Shown here one piece after another: positions 38,341-51,142 of a stretch of DNA of 64,000 nt (positions within the stretch are counted from its first letter, which is position 1; the number at the start of each line of letters is the position of its first letter). Below the pieces are notes generated by a model. The model had not been told where the DNA came from. It was given only the letters and a program-made list of their open reading frames with translations, and searched no databases. Source of the DNA: Eledone cirrhosa (taxonomy: Eukaryota); NCBI GenBank assembly GCA_964016885.1, contig OZ024740.1:289044001-289108000 (forward strand), in the 5' to 3' direction. The position numbers were made by a program, and so were the translations under genes.

Positions 38341-40159
38341 TTTAATCAATTATTCCCTTTTACCAAATTTATAGCTTTGTGCTTTTGGTAGAAATTATTA
38401 TTATTTTTTTTTTAAGTGATACAGTAGCAGTTCTTGTAAAGGATGATATATATGATTGAATTGATTTCAGGATATTACTGATACTAATTTTATAGCCCTA
38501 CTCTTGCTGTTGGATCAAATTCAGCTTTTGACCTCAGAACTGAGAGCAATAAATTTGAATAATGTTAACTATTTCTAACTGTAATGCTTCCTGAGATTGT
38601 CATTTCCACCAGTCTGCCAAAGTAATCGGATATTGATAATGGATTTATTATATGTCACTAGTATATTGTTTTATTTTGAAACATTAGTTTGTCAAGAATT
38701 CCTTCTATTTCACCCATTCTCTGACAATATATTTTTAATATTTTTCATTACTTTTATTTGAGATAGTTTCAACTACTGTTATGGAAGATTTTTTAATTTT
38801 TTTGGTCCTAAGATTTATTGCTAATGTTGTCAGTTGTCAGTGATGATGGATCACCATCCATCATCACTGACAATGGTAGATGGGGGAATAAGGTATCTTA
38901 AAATACAATCTTTTCCACCAATTTGTAAGCTCACCTTTTGCCCCCCAGCCAGGATCACAATGATGATCATCCTCATCATCAATTATGTTTGTTTTTCCCA
39001 TGCTAGTATAAGTTGACTAAGTTTGTTTCATCAGTCAGTCAAACACACTGCAATTTGTTTCAGTCTATTGTCATTTTGTTGTTGAGGTTCAACAAACCCT
39101 AGGACACTATTACTCTCCAGGTTTCCCTTGATCTTTTTCCATGGCTATCTTCTACTATCAGCGCACAACAATTTCTACCTCAGGTCTTACCAGCCATTTG
39201 GATTATATGCTTATACCAGAGCTATTATTTCTCTTTCATACTTAATTGATATCTGTGGTACAATGTCTAGCCACATTCTCAGCTCCTCCTTTCATGCAGT
39301 TTCATGGGAAAAATACAAATGCTTCCTAGGCATTGAGGTTTTTTTAAGGCTTAGCTCTTTTCGTATGGTATTAAATGGAGAAGATGGTCTTTTGTAGGTA
39401 AGACAACATCTGGTATTTAGTCCTTACAGCTAGAATGAACTGAGGTAGTATAGAAGAAAGTGATCTTTCAGAAATACATTGAAATGCCAGCAGTAGGGTT
39501 GAACACATTCTCCATGGGAATGTAGTCCAATGTTTCTCCACTCAGCCATTTCTCCTCTACTTGCAGTGATGATACCTAAAATGTCAGCTAGCTGATGATT
39601 ATAGCAACACAGGAAAAGCTTCCAATAGGTTAATGTCATCAACACCACTACTGATAGCTGGCTATTTTAAAATTAGGTAACAATATACATTAATCTATTG
39701 TACCAATAAATTACTGTGTTGTTTAGAATGACAATCTATGTCTAGCCCGACTACACTTAGATACACTCAAGCTATGATGATTAGATAATATCTCTGCCAA
39801 ACTGGGGTGAATGTGACTTTAATTAATGACATGGAACTGGATATGTTTGAAGTAAATTTTTCAGTCATTGAACATTTGGTATGCATTTCTCCACAATAAA
39901 AAATGTATTGTATTTATATGAACTTCATACTTCACTCATTTTTTCACCAGTTTTTGTTTCTACACACATACATGTTCAAAAATGCTTTGTGTTTGGTCTG
40001 CTACCAATTTAAAATACTAAACACAAAGACTTTCTAGATGCTTAAGTTCACAACTAGGGCTTATTAAAGTTGAAATATTGATTAAACTTATTTCTTTCTT
40101 CACTAAAAGTAGTCTTCATCACCTGATGTAGTACTTTTAAGACCACCATCATCCTTGAA

Positions 40160-40510
40160 GGCGCATGGCTTAGTGGTTAGAGCGTCGGGCTTACAATCGT
40201 GAGGTTGTGAGTTAAATTCTCAGACTGGGCTTTGCATTGTATTCTTGAGCAAGACACTTTATTTCACGTTGCTCCAGTTCACTCAGCTGTAGAAATGAGT
40301 TGCGACATCACTGGTGTTAAGCTGTATCAGCCTTTGCCTTTCCCTTGGACAACATAGGTGGCATGGAGAAGGGAGACTAGAATGCATGGGCAGTTGCTGG
40401 TCTTCCACAAACAACCTTGCCCAGACTTGTGCCTTGGAGGTGAACTTTCTAAGTGCAAATTCCATGGTCATTCATGACCAAAGTTGGTCTTTACTCTTAC
40501 CCTTTTACCC
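40160..40510 (+). mobile_element. tRNA-derived SINE with V/Meta-type central domain
   Basis: tRNA-like head ggcgcatggcttagtggttagagcgtcggg...gagttaaattc, then ttcttgagcaagacactttatttcacgttgctccagttcactcagctg..aaatgagt. Ends in ctttaccc-like repeats. Confidence 0.8.
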
Positions 40511-42199
40511 TGGATTATGAGACCCTTATGAGGAGAACTAACTACAATAACATATCACATTTTGCTTCTATTTTCTTTTTATTTTATTTATATTTTTGGA
40601 GAAGGACTTGAGGTGTTCAGAAATTTCATAAGCTTCCTCTGGACTGAAATAGTGGAGTAACTAACTGAGTAAGGTTATAGATGGTACTATATAGCAGGTT
40701 AATTCGACAAAGCCTTTTGGTATGTGTTTGTAATACTGTTTACTTTACACTTGACATACACACAACAAACTATTATGAAGTTCATTTCGCAATCATAAAG
40801 TTCCAGGTTTGATTCCACTACATCACATCTTGAGCAAATGTCTTCTATCATTGTCTCGGATTAACTGAAGCCTGGTATCTGAAATTGAATAGACAGAAAC
40901 TGTTTGGAAGTCAATAAGATGAATTGTACCTATAATTCAAAGGGCCTTCCACTATTAGGCTGACTCTCTCTGACAATTATGTTATGGGTACATGTCTGTG
41001 GAATACTCAACAACTTACATGTTAATTTAATGAATAAGCAATTTGGTCGATCAAATAACTAGAACTTTCGTCATGAAAACTGATGGCGGTCCACTTACTT
41101 TTATTAGTTAATGTAACATTATGGTTGTCTAGCTTCATCTGATAGAGATATAGAGTTAGATGATTATTTCCTCAACTATTTTTGTGAATATAGACAACTT
41201 TACATGAATTGTTGGAAGTAGTATGTATATTTTTATTGTTGAATAATCTTCTTGCTATTAATCTCTCTTTGTTAACTGGAAGTTGTTTTTGTGTTAGCTA
41301 CATCAAACTCAATGAAATCAGAAGAGTATTGTTCCTTATCTAATTGCTATAGCAATACTTGATCTTGTGTCTTTCTATCACTTGAACTTCACAGCTACTA
41401 TGTCTCTATCAAATTATGTTTTATCGTTCACTAAGTTCACATAGACTTGGCTTATTTTAGTTCACTTCTCATTATGAAATCAAGTGAAGTGAAACAACTA
41501 TACTACATTTTAGACTGTTAAGCTATCACACTCCCTTCTTTAGTTAACAGCATGAAATAAGAACCTTGTTATGTAGAATTGTGGCTTTATATCTATTGAT
41601 TATATGATTTCCATTTAAATTTATTACACAAAATTTATTGTTTTTAAATTTTTCTTTCACACTTATGAATGGACTGAAAATTTTGAATTATACTAAATCA
41701 GTAGGCCATCTAGTTTTTCCAAATCTGTAGTGTCTGGGTGATATGAGTCACTGAGGTAACATTTTATGACATTCAGTTTTTGTGACATTATACAATTTTA
41801 TAATATTAAATATTGAGACAATAGACAACATACTGAACATAATCAGAATGGTTATGATTATAAAGCTACCTGATCAGCTACATGTATCTTGACTATTGAG
41901 GTAGGGCTATGGTTCAGTGGTACAGTGGTAGAGTATAGATTTAGACTATAGTTAATAAGCTATTTAGTACTCTACAGGTTTCTGCAGTTATGTCAGTAAT
42001 AAAATAGTCTTTATGTGTCATGTTGAATATGTAGAGAAACACCAATTGTACAGATCTCAGTTACAGTTGATCATTGTCTGTTCATCTGTTCAACAATACT
42101 TGTTTGGATGTGTGAATTTGGAGAACTACCCTACAACACCTAATAAGTGTGACTGAAGGTTTAAAGTAGCAAGTCTTTTAAGGTAGTTGACCCATTATG

Positions 42200-42580
42200 G
42201 TAGTAGGTCTTTTATAGTGGTTGCTATCCTATGGTGGCAAGACTTTTATAAATATTGCTCCCTTATGGTGAAAATTCTTTTAAAGTGGTTGCCTTCCTAT
42301 GATGACATGTCTTATAGTGGTTGCTCCCCTATGGTAACATGTCTTATAGTGGCTGCTCTCCTATGGTGACAAGTCTTATAGTGGTTGCTCCCCTATTGTG
42401 ACAAGTCTCATAGTGGTTGCTCTCCTATTGTGACAAGTCTTATAGTGGTTGCTCTCCTATGGTAACAAGTCTCATAGTGGTTGCTCTCCTATTGTGACAA
42501 GTCTTATAGTGGTTGCTCTCCTATGGTAACAAGTCTTATAGTCGTTGCTCCCCTATGGTAACAAGTCTCATAGTGGTAGC
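42200..42580. repeat. 32-bp minisatellite, ~12 units
   Basis: Unit acaagtct(t/c)atagtggttgctc(c/t)cctat(g/t)gt(g/a). The 5' units are more diverged. Confidence 0.93.
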
Positions 42581-42652
42581 TGCAAAAAACATGAGCACTG
42601 TCCTTCCTGAGAGACTAAAATGTTAAAAAATAAAAGATAGAATAATCCAGAA

Positions 42653-42997
42653 CAGTGGTTCCCAAACTTATTTTGTTGTGGAATCCTATATGATCTTCTC
42701 AAAATTGCAGAACCCTGATATGACTTTCCAAACTATGGAACCCAAATCTATATTTTACAGACACTCCTCACCACTCGAGCCTCTCCCGTTTCCTCTTTTT
42801 TTTTGTTGTTAATTTTGTAAATTGTTTCTTTCAATAAAAAACAAAAAATATTTTAAGGAAATAATTTATTCATATAAAAAAGAGTATATAAAATAAAATA
42901 AATTATTATTAAAATCTATTAAAAGCCACCTTATGGAACTCCAGAATTCTTTACATGGAACCCTGAGCTTCCTTGAAATCTACTTTGGGAAACACTG
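42653..42997. mobile_element. hAT (Charlie-like) MITE
   Basis: TIRs CAGTGGTTCCCAAA / TTTGGGAAACACTG; 8-bp flanks atccagaa / gtctagaa fit the NTCTAGAN target. Confidence 0.85.
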
Positions 42998-43172
42998 GTC
43001 TAGAAAATTATAGGTTCTAATCTTCCTTTTCTCATTAACAATTTACAAAAATAGTAAACTTAATTAATAGAGACAGATAAAATAATTTACTTGCAACGAT
43101 TCAGTCTACAACAGGTATAACTGTTGATGGTGATGTAATATAATACATTAATTTTATTTCTTCCATTTGCAG

Positions 43173-43270
43173 CTGAACTTTATCTCAGTTTAGACCGAAC
43201 AACAGAAGCTGAATCCTGTGTACAGGAAACTTCTGCCATATTTCCGCTATCTTACCAAGTAGCTTTCATG
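43173..43270 (+). CDS. TTC7B: TTC7-like exon E
   Basis: Acceptor ttcttccatttgcag, donor gtatgt. AELYLSLDRTTEAESCVQETSAIFPLSYQVAFM matches TTC7B AEVYIGIGKPAEATACTQEAANLFPMSHNVLYM. 98 nt. Confidence 0.95.
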
Positions 43271-45317
43271 GTATGTAATCTTTTCACTTTTCCTGCTGAA
43301 TTATTACTTTTATCACTTTCCTTCTCTCATTCTTGTTCCAATGCTTTAACTTGAACTGTCTTTCTTGTAACTCACCCTTATATTTCAACATTTTTACCAT
43401 GTTCCACATCGTTTATATTACTGATTTCCTCTCCTACACACCTAAATCTTATTTTGTATATATATGCAGCCTCAATAGATGAGAGGTTATGGGGCAGAGC
43501 TACTGTTTACATAACCATCAGTTCACACGTTATTAATCCAACCATTGTTTTCATTTTGAGCAAAACACCTAACCTTGCTTGTTCTAATTTGCCTTGTTGA
43601 ACATGGAATGAAATGGATTTATTGATGAGTGTTCCTGTTATTTGATCAACAAAACAGCCTGCTCATGTAATTAATGTGTAAGTGGCTGAGCATTCCACAG
43701 ACATATGTATCCTTAAAGTAATTCAGAAAGAGATTCATTGTGACACAATGTGTGATAAGGCTGGCTGTTTGAATTACTGGCACAGTCCATCCGACAGGCT
43801 TCTAAACACTTTCATCATCATCATCATAGTCTGCTTTCCCTGCTTGCAAGGGTTGGATGGGTCAATATAGACAAAGTCAGTACTGAAGTGGTGCTACTGA
43901 CTACACAGGCAGGCTAAGGGGTCTGTATTCTGCTTACGTACAATCATATCGAGGGTAGAGGAGAAGTTGTTGTGTCTTTTGACACAAAATGAAGGGTCTC
44001 CCCTAACCCATTGTTTGGAAAGTTTTCTACGGCTGGATTTTTGTACTTCATAATTGAGCTGTTAATGGTAGTAAGGGTATAAAAAGAGCTGAATCCAACA
44101 AATGATTATTTCCATTATTGAAATATAGTAATTATAGGTGTAACTTTAAAGGGGAATTAGAGGAGATATTGTTGAGTGTATGAAGTACTAAAGCTGTTAG
44201 TTAATGGGTTATAGATGCTGTAGATGCTTTTGTTGTAGAACTCCAATCTCTACACTGTCTTCATATACTTGAAAAATTAGCATATATTTCTTGTGATAGA
44301 CTAATGTACAACCCATGTGTTGACCCATTAATGACTCATTACTTTAATACTGACAGGATCTGGAATTAAGTACTGATCTTATGGATCCTTATTATTTATG
44401 AAATGGATAGCTTTTTCTAGCATTAGATCTTGAAACATAGTATTGGTGCAGTGTAGTGTAGTTTGAATTGTTCCACTATATGTTGACTTAAGGAATTGGC
44501 AGAATTGTTAGAGGATATAATGCCTTGCAGTATTTGTTTTGTTCCTCTGCATTCTTAGTTCAAGTCACACTGAGATCAGTTTTGCATTTCATCTTTTCAG
44601 AGGCTGATAAAATAATGTATCAGTCCAGGGCATTGGGTTGACCAAATTGTTAGAGAATTGAACACTTTATGGTATTGGGTTCCAACTCTTTGTATTCTGT
44701 GTTCTATTCTCACTACAACCTACTTAGGTTGTAGACTTAATCCATTGCCCTTGGATGTCTTTAGTAGAGTCCACTCTGTTGTAAGCATCTGGATCAGGCC
44801 TTTGGTTTGACAATACTGTCTCTTCTACCTCCTGTCAGTTCTGGAAATCATCATGGGTACAGCCCTTCCATTGCTGAATAAACAGTAAAAAAAATAGTAA
44901 CAGAAGTAGTTGAGTAATAGACTAAATTCCTTATGTTATTTAGTGTCATCCTTCTAGTCCTTCAACTGTGGACATGCTGGGCACTATTTATCAATTTAAA
45001 TCCTGCTGTGGAGGTTGACTTGTCTTTTACTCCCATCCAATCCACCCTAGGTTAATATATAGCACTGGTAATGTACTAGAGTTGATTCACTTGACTATAC
45101 CCCATGTCCTTGTTTGTGACCTTGTGACAAAGATAGAAATTAATATTTCAACAACATTATGCCAATTATCCACTGCCCTTCATCAAAGAGATAACTAATA
45201 TCTAAATAAGCAACTGGATCTACTTCATTGTTTCTATAATCTTGTCTCTTGTTAACAAGGTTATGTTGATACTACACATCACACACTGAATCAAAGCTTT
45301 GTTCTAGATTGCTGTTT

Positions 45318-45605
45318 ACACACACACGCACACAGACATACACATGCGCACACACATGCATACACACACACGCTCATACACATATGCATGCACAGGCACA
45401 GAGACACACCCATGCACACACACACATACACACGTTCACACACATGCACACACACATACATGCTCACCCATATATGCACGCACACACACACACACATACA
45501 CACACTCACACACACATGCATCCACTAGCACAGAGACACACACATGCATGCATATGCACACATACACACACACAAACATGCACACACACACCTATCATGC
45601 ACATG
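45318..45605. repeat. Degenerate (CA)n/(CATG) low-complexity tract
   Basis: Direct reading. Confidence 0.9.
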
Positions 45606-48199
45606 CAGCTCTGTGTACACTCAGAGTTCATTAAAGCATTTTTCATTCTATCATATACTGTTCTATTATGTTTTTGTTTTAATTTGTTTGGTTTCTTGTT
45701 CCTTTACTGTTTTTACTGTTGCTTCTAAAATTATCATGTATCTGTGAAGTGTGTATATATATGAAGGTGAGAACGTGTTACTAGGTTGATTTGGTATTGG
45801 GAAAATATCAGAACGATGGGTGGTTCATATCTTCTTAGTAACATTGTATTTTGTACATCTTTACATGGCCAAGATAGTTGACTCTAAATGGTTGAGTCTT
45901 TATAGCTGTAAGTAGATACTAGTGTGGCAATTCAATTCTTTTTCTGGAGAAAGCTGCTTGTAATAAACCACTAACCTAAATGGTTCTGTTCAAAAAGTTA
46001 GACTTTTCCTTAGCTTCACAACAAACCAATGTATTCCAATTTTAAACTGTTTATCCAGAGGGAGAATTATCTCTCATTCATTTAATACTTTGGAAACTGA
46101 AGACAAGTACCAGCTGCATGGTTCTTTGTGATTTAGAAAATGTTTTGATATAAATGTATGATTTTATCATACTATCTTCCTCTTTGTTTGAACACAAGTT
46201 TTTATGCCAGTTGATTTTGACAGCTTGGGGAACAATGATCGATGGGTTTTTGAGGAGGTTAATAAAGAGTTACTTTTTATTGGTTTGTTGTCTATCAATA
46301 AACATTTTTATGTTGCTAAGTGAATAAATATACAATATTTTAATAAAAAATATCAAAGATTAAGGTGTTAACTCATTGTCCAAAAATTTATGAGTGGAGG
46401 TTTTGCATCCCAGGAGAAACCTGTTACATATTTCAAACATGGGTTATTGAGTGTATTGGTGGTGTGTGTACTACATTAATTTTGCATAGTCTTGGATGGC
46501 TTATCAAAGGTGTTGATGTTACTATATTGATGTAGTATATTTTAGTTATATTCTCACATCATGCTCACCCCACCAGTATGCCAGGGGTATGGGTATTAAT
46601 ACCCCACCTCTCTTTCTCGAAAAATATAAAAAGAGGACTATAATATTTCAAAAGCCTTAGCATTGTTGGATTACTAATGACTGGGTTTTGTGATTCCCTT
46701 GTATCACATTCCTGACAATAATATCTGTTAATTTTCCTCCCTGGTTTTCCTTTCACTTTAATTAGACATTATTTAGGTAGAATCAGGCTGATTGTTTTAT
46801 GAAGAAGGCAGTGTAAGTAAGAGGTGAAAATCATTTCAAATAGCTAAGCTTTGACTGACATTGTTATATCAACATTCAATCACAACAATATCAACATTAT
46901 TGACCAGCGAGAAGGGAGCCTCTATGTATTTGCTTGACCTACAAGAAATAATAGTCCAATATACCTCATATCGCACTCTGACATTTTTATAATCTAATAG
47001 GGTATTTATTTTTCAACAAATTAAATGTATTTCTTCAAAGGGAGAAGAATGGGACAAATTTTAGGGGTTGTAGATGTGAAATAATTAATGATTTTTGGTG
47101 TTGTATAATATAATAATGGATTACTGGAATTGGAAATTATCTGGTAAGTTGAGCATAGAAATATTCACTACATCTCATTAGCACATTAGTAGGAAGGTAA
47201 TCAGTGAAGGGATAAAATGTATTAGCAGTTGGAGAGCCTGGATACTTACTCACCACAGCCTTTAAAGGTGAAGGTATAGGACAAAATTGGTTGAAAAGTT
47301 TTAGCCTAATATTTCGTGAGAGCAGGACTCTGTAGTGTGGTATGCTTAATATGAATAACGAGTCAATAACTATTCATTTCTAAAGTACTTGTTGGTTCAG
47401 ACAAAAGAAGCCCAAGTTTCACTGTGTAAGTTTAGCTATATAAAAATCAGGAGAGGTTACCAAAGATGAATAGATAGAGAGATATGAGATAGAAAGATAG
47501 GTAGGTAGATGGCTAAATAGTTAGATAGTTTTGTGTGTATGAGTGTATAATGAGAGAGAAGTAGGCCACCAGTAAACCTGTATTGGTAATTGTTTAAAAA
47601 GTGTATTATATTTGAGAATATTGTTAGAAGCTATATGCAATGAACTTTGAATGTATTTCAGAGAAATGAGGTCTTGTTTATTTTAATCTGTCAGTGAGAC
47701 ATAAATGTTTGTATGTGCATGTGTACACGCGTGCACACACAAGCACATAATATAAATAGAGTATTAGGAAAAACTAGGCAAGAAAAGAGGAAAGATTTAT
47801 TACATTATATTACCTGTATGTTATATTACACGTTTCATCACTGTTACGCAATGCAATCACCTACAGGAACTAAATCGGAGCATCCCTTCAATTATTCCCT
47901 CACTTGCAATGTGTCTGCATTCAGTGAATCATCAGAGAGAAATGAACTTAGTGAAAAAAGTTGAAGATAATATATTATTATAAATACATTTTATGTATAT
48001 TTGTGTACCAAGGGAAGGGAGAGGAAATGTAGTGACCAATGGGCTGCTAGCATCTATGATGTTGCTGGAGTCAGAATTGCCATTGGTTGAAAAGAATTTT
48101 TTAAATATAGTTCAAAGAAGACCATTTTAGGAAATGGAAGTGGCAGTTGCCACAGAACGAATGTTTCAGAGGAAAACAACATATAGACTAATTATATGA

Positions 48200-48390
48200 A
48201 TAATTGTTTCTACGTTAGACACAAGGCCAGCAATTACCCAGTGCATTACTGGTACTTTATTTTATCGACCCCGTAAGGATGAAAGGCAAAGTCAACCTCG
48301 GCGGGATTTGAACTCAGATCGTAAAGGGGCGTAACTATGCTGGAAAGCATGGTGTCCGACCCTCTACCGATACTGCCAATCCACCGCCCT
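48200..48390 (-). mobile_element. Young Deu/Nin-core SINE with 14-bp TSD
   Basis: Reverse complement of the 30581 copy with about 5 differences. TSD attatatgaataat at 48191-48204 and 48396-48409. Confidence 0.95.
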
Positions 48391-49143
48391 TGCCCATTAT
48401 ATGAATAATGGGCTTAAGATAGGAGAGAGAGATAAAGGGGTAAATCTGAAAGATAAAAAGAGTATTCATGATCACAGAGTTAGGCTAGCATTAAAATATG
48501 ATGCCTGGTGCCAGTCATTGTTGTCATAAAATACTGCCAGTTGAAAGAGATATAGTTCATATGAGAATAGATGTAGATATATGGGATCAAATCCTAAGTT
48601 AACTTGGAAGATATCTAGAGAAAGTTTTTAAGGATTTATGTTGATAATATATAGAGTTCAATAAATTTTTACCAGTCATAATTTCCAAAACTTCAGCAGC
48701 ACAAAGATCACAATCCTATCTTTTGCATCACTAGAGGTGGGCAAAGTGTAGAAGTGACCACGATAGTTCATACTCTACTTTTTCTTCTTTTAAATCCCAT
48801 ATTTTTTTTAGCTAACGGAGTAGATTTGTGAAACTCTGGATTTTTAAAACAGTGGTTGTGCACGTACCACATTTTCTTAAAAAAGTTAGATTTAGGCCCC
48901 CACATATTTGTATATCCCTAAGCTTGTTATAACTTTTCACTGGTACACAATGTTACTATACATGCATCTATCCAATAAGGGGCACTTATTGGGTTGTCTG
49001 CAGTTACATTGAGTCCCTGCCATAGAAACCAAACTAGAAACAGTTCTGTCTGAGCAAGACACTATCATCTGATCTGACTTGTCTCACAACGGGACAACTC
49101 TTACCCATGTTAGCATGGAAAAATGGACGTTAAATGGTGATGA

Positions 49144-49174
<31 letters not shown>

Positions 49175-49424
49175 CTATTACTAAGAAAAGTGTTGGTGAC
49201 TTTGAAGTTTCAGCTTGGTCACATTATCTGGGTGTCAGATGAAGCAATCAAGTTGAAACTTCAAAGTCACTGCTACTGTCTTACTTAGAAAATAAAATTT
49301 ATACTCTAACCAACCATATTGCGTGATTGAATGCTCAGTTAGGTAATGTTTTAAATACTGTGGTGTTTTATGTGCACATTCTAATATAAATATATATAGA
49401 TATTTAATATGTATGTATGTATGG

Positions 49425-49940
49425 GAGTGAAGGACCTCTAGCCTGTGTCAGAAGATTCTTCTAGGAGAAGGAAACTCAGGAAACTGGGATAACTCTGACA
49501 TAAAACCTGTGGCTCTGTAGTTACCGATGATGTTGATCTTTTCTTCTTTTCGGATTATAGCTACTGTCGCTCAGAGAGTGGGATTGGCTCAGTACACAGT
49601 CTTTCCTCACTTTAAAAAAAATCTTCACGCACAGGCATTGCACAAAAGCATTAATTGATAATTATTAATAATTGTTTCTACTTTTGGCACAAGGCCAGCA
49701 ATTATCCCAGTGTATTACTGGTACTTTATTTTATTGACCCCGTAAGGATGAAAGGCAAAGTTAACCTTGGCGGGATTTGAACTCAGACCGCAAAGGGCCG
49801 TAACTCTTTGCTGGAAAACATGGCGTCTGACTCTCTACCGATACTGCCAATCCACCGCCCTATTAATATGATAATTATTAATAATGATATATCGTGCAAT
49901 GGCCATACTCGATAATGAGGGGGCAGCCATCATCATCATC
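49425..49940 (+). mobile_element. Non-autonomous BovB-like RTE derivative interrupted by a SINE
   Basis: tctaggagaaggaaactc...ctctgacataaaacc (RTE 5'-UTR-type motif) and a 3' end gtgcaatggccatactcga...gggggcagccatcatcatc. The same 3' end occurs at 53341-53380. Confidence 0.6.
49668..49862 (-). mobile_element. Young Deu/Nin-core SINE with 17-bp TSD
   Basis: TSD tgataattattaataat at 49656-49672 and 49869-49885. Confidence 0.95.
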
Positions 49941-50039
49941 GTGTATGTATGTATGTGTCTTTGTCTATGTATGTATGTATGTATGTCTTTGTGTGTGTGT
50001 ATGTATGTAGTATGTATGTATGTATGTATGTATGTCAGA

Positions 50040-51050
50040 TCGACAAAAACCTGATACAGATGTATGTCGATCTGACAAAAGTTTTTGATACTGTTAACAG
50101 AAATGCATTGTAGAAGGGGTAGAAGGTTCTCCAGAAACTTGGTTGTCCTGATAAGTTCCTTGCTTTGGTTAGGTCTTTCCATGACGACATGAAGGCTTGG
50201 GTTAATGTCAGAGGTAACATGTTGGAGCCTGTGTGCTCTCTTCTCTTCTTTATGCCTGCGACACCTGGGTCACATGTCGACACCACCTTAAACAATTGGA
50301 GCGTTTCCATCAGATGTGTCTCAGACGGATCCATGGCGTTCACTGGAGGGGCCACATCAGTGATGTCGAGATTTTGGAAAGCTCTCTGTATGACAGTATA
50401 GAAGCTCTTGTGCTTAAGTAAAGACTTTGTTGGAGTGGTCCCCTTACCAGGATGAAGGATTCTAGAATACCAAAACAACTCTTTTATGGAGAGTTAGTTA
50501 AAGGAAAACTACCTCCACATAAACCAAAAAAGAGGTATAAGGATTCGTTGAAAGCCTCTTTGAAAGACGCTAACATCTCTGCTGATACATGGGAAAATGT
50601 TGCTGCTGATTGTAATAAATGGAGAAAGACTGTATATGAGGGGAAAGTTGCCTTTGAGGCATCACAAATCGTATACGAGAAAGTAAAGCGGGATGTGAGG
50701 AAGGGCATTGCTGTTGCATTTCCAGACAGCGAAGGTCCTCCTATGGCGCTGACATGCAGCATCTGTGCGAGATTCTGCCTAAGCAAAGCTGGACTTGAAA
50801 GTCATCTTCGCAGTCATAAAGTAAGACCAGTGGTTGACTACCAGGCTGCTGTTGGAGATGCTACTCATCATGCCTGCCAAACATGTGGTAGAGAGTGTAA
50901 ATCAGCAGGAGGGCTCAAACGACATGCAAAAGTAAATGAACTCCAACCACAGCCAGCTATTCCCAGTGAATGTTTAGTTGCCAACTCTGTGCAAGACACT
51001 TTAGATCACTGGCTGGGCTAAAGAGCCACATTTGATCGCAGCACTGTTAA
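50040..51050 (+). mobile_element. BovB-like RTE LINE remnant with C-terminal C2H2 zinc fingers; RT core deleted
   Basis: YVDLTKVFDTVNR..LQKLGCPDKF jumps at ~50230 to LSSLLYACDTW...LERFHQMCLRRI...RMKDSRIPKQLFYGEL. Fingers: CSICARFCLSKAGLESHLRSH and CQTCGRECKSAGGLKRH. Confidence 0.9.
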
Positions 51051-51142
51051 TTGTTATTGTGTGAGTGTGTGTGTGTGTGTATGTGTATATGTATATATGG
51101 ATATGTATATGTGTGTGTGTGTATATATATATATTTATTTTA

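Noticed and set aside
40160-40235. tRNA gene
   Set aside because: The B-box is damaged, there is no acceptor-stem closure, and it continues into a SINE body.
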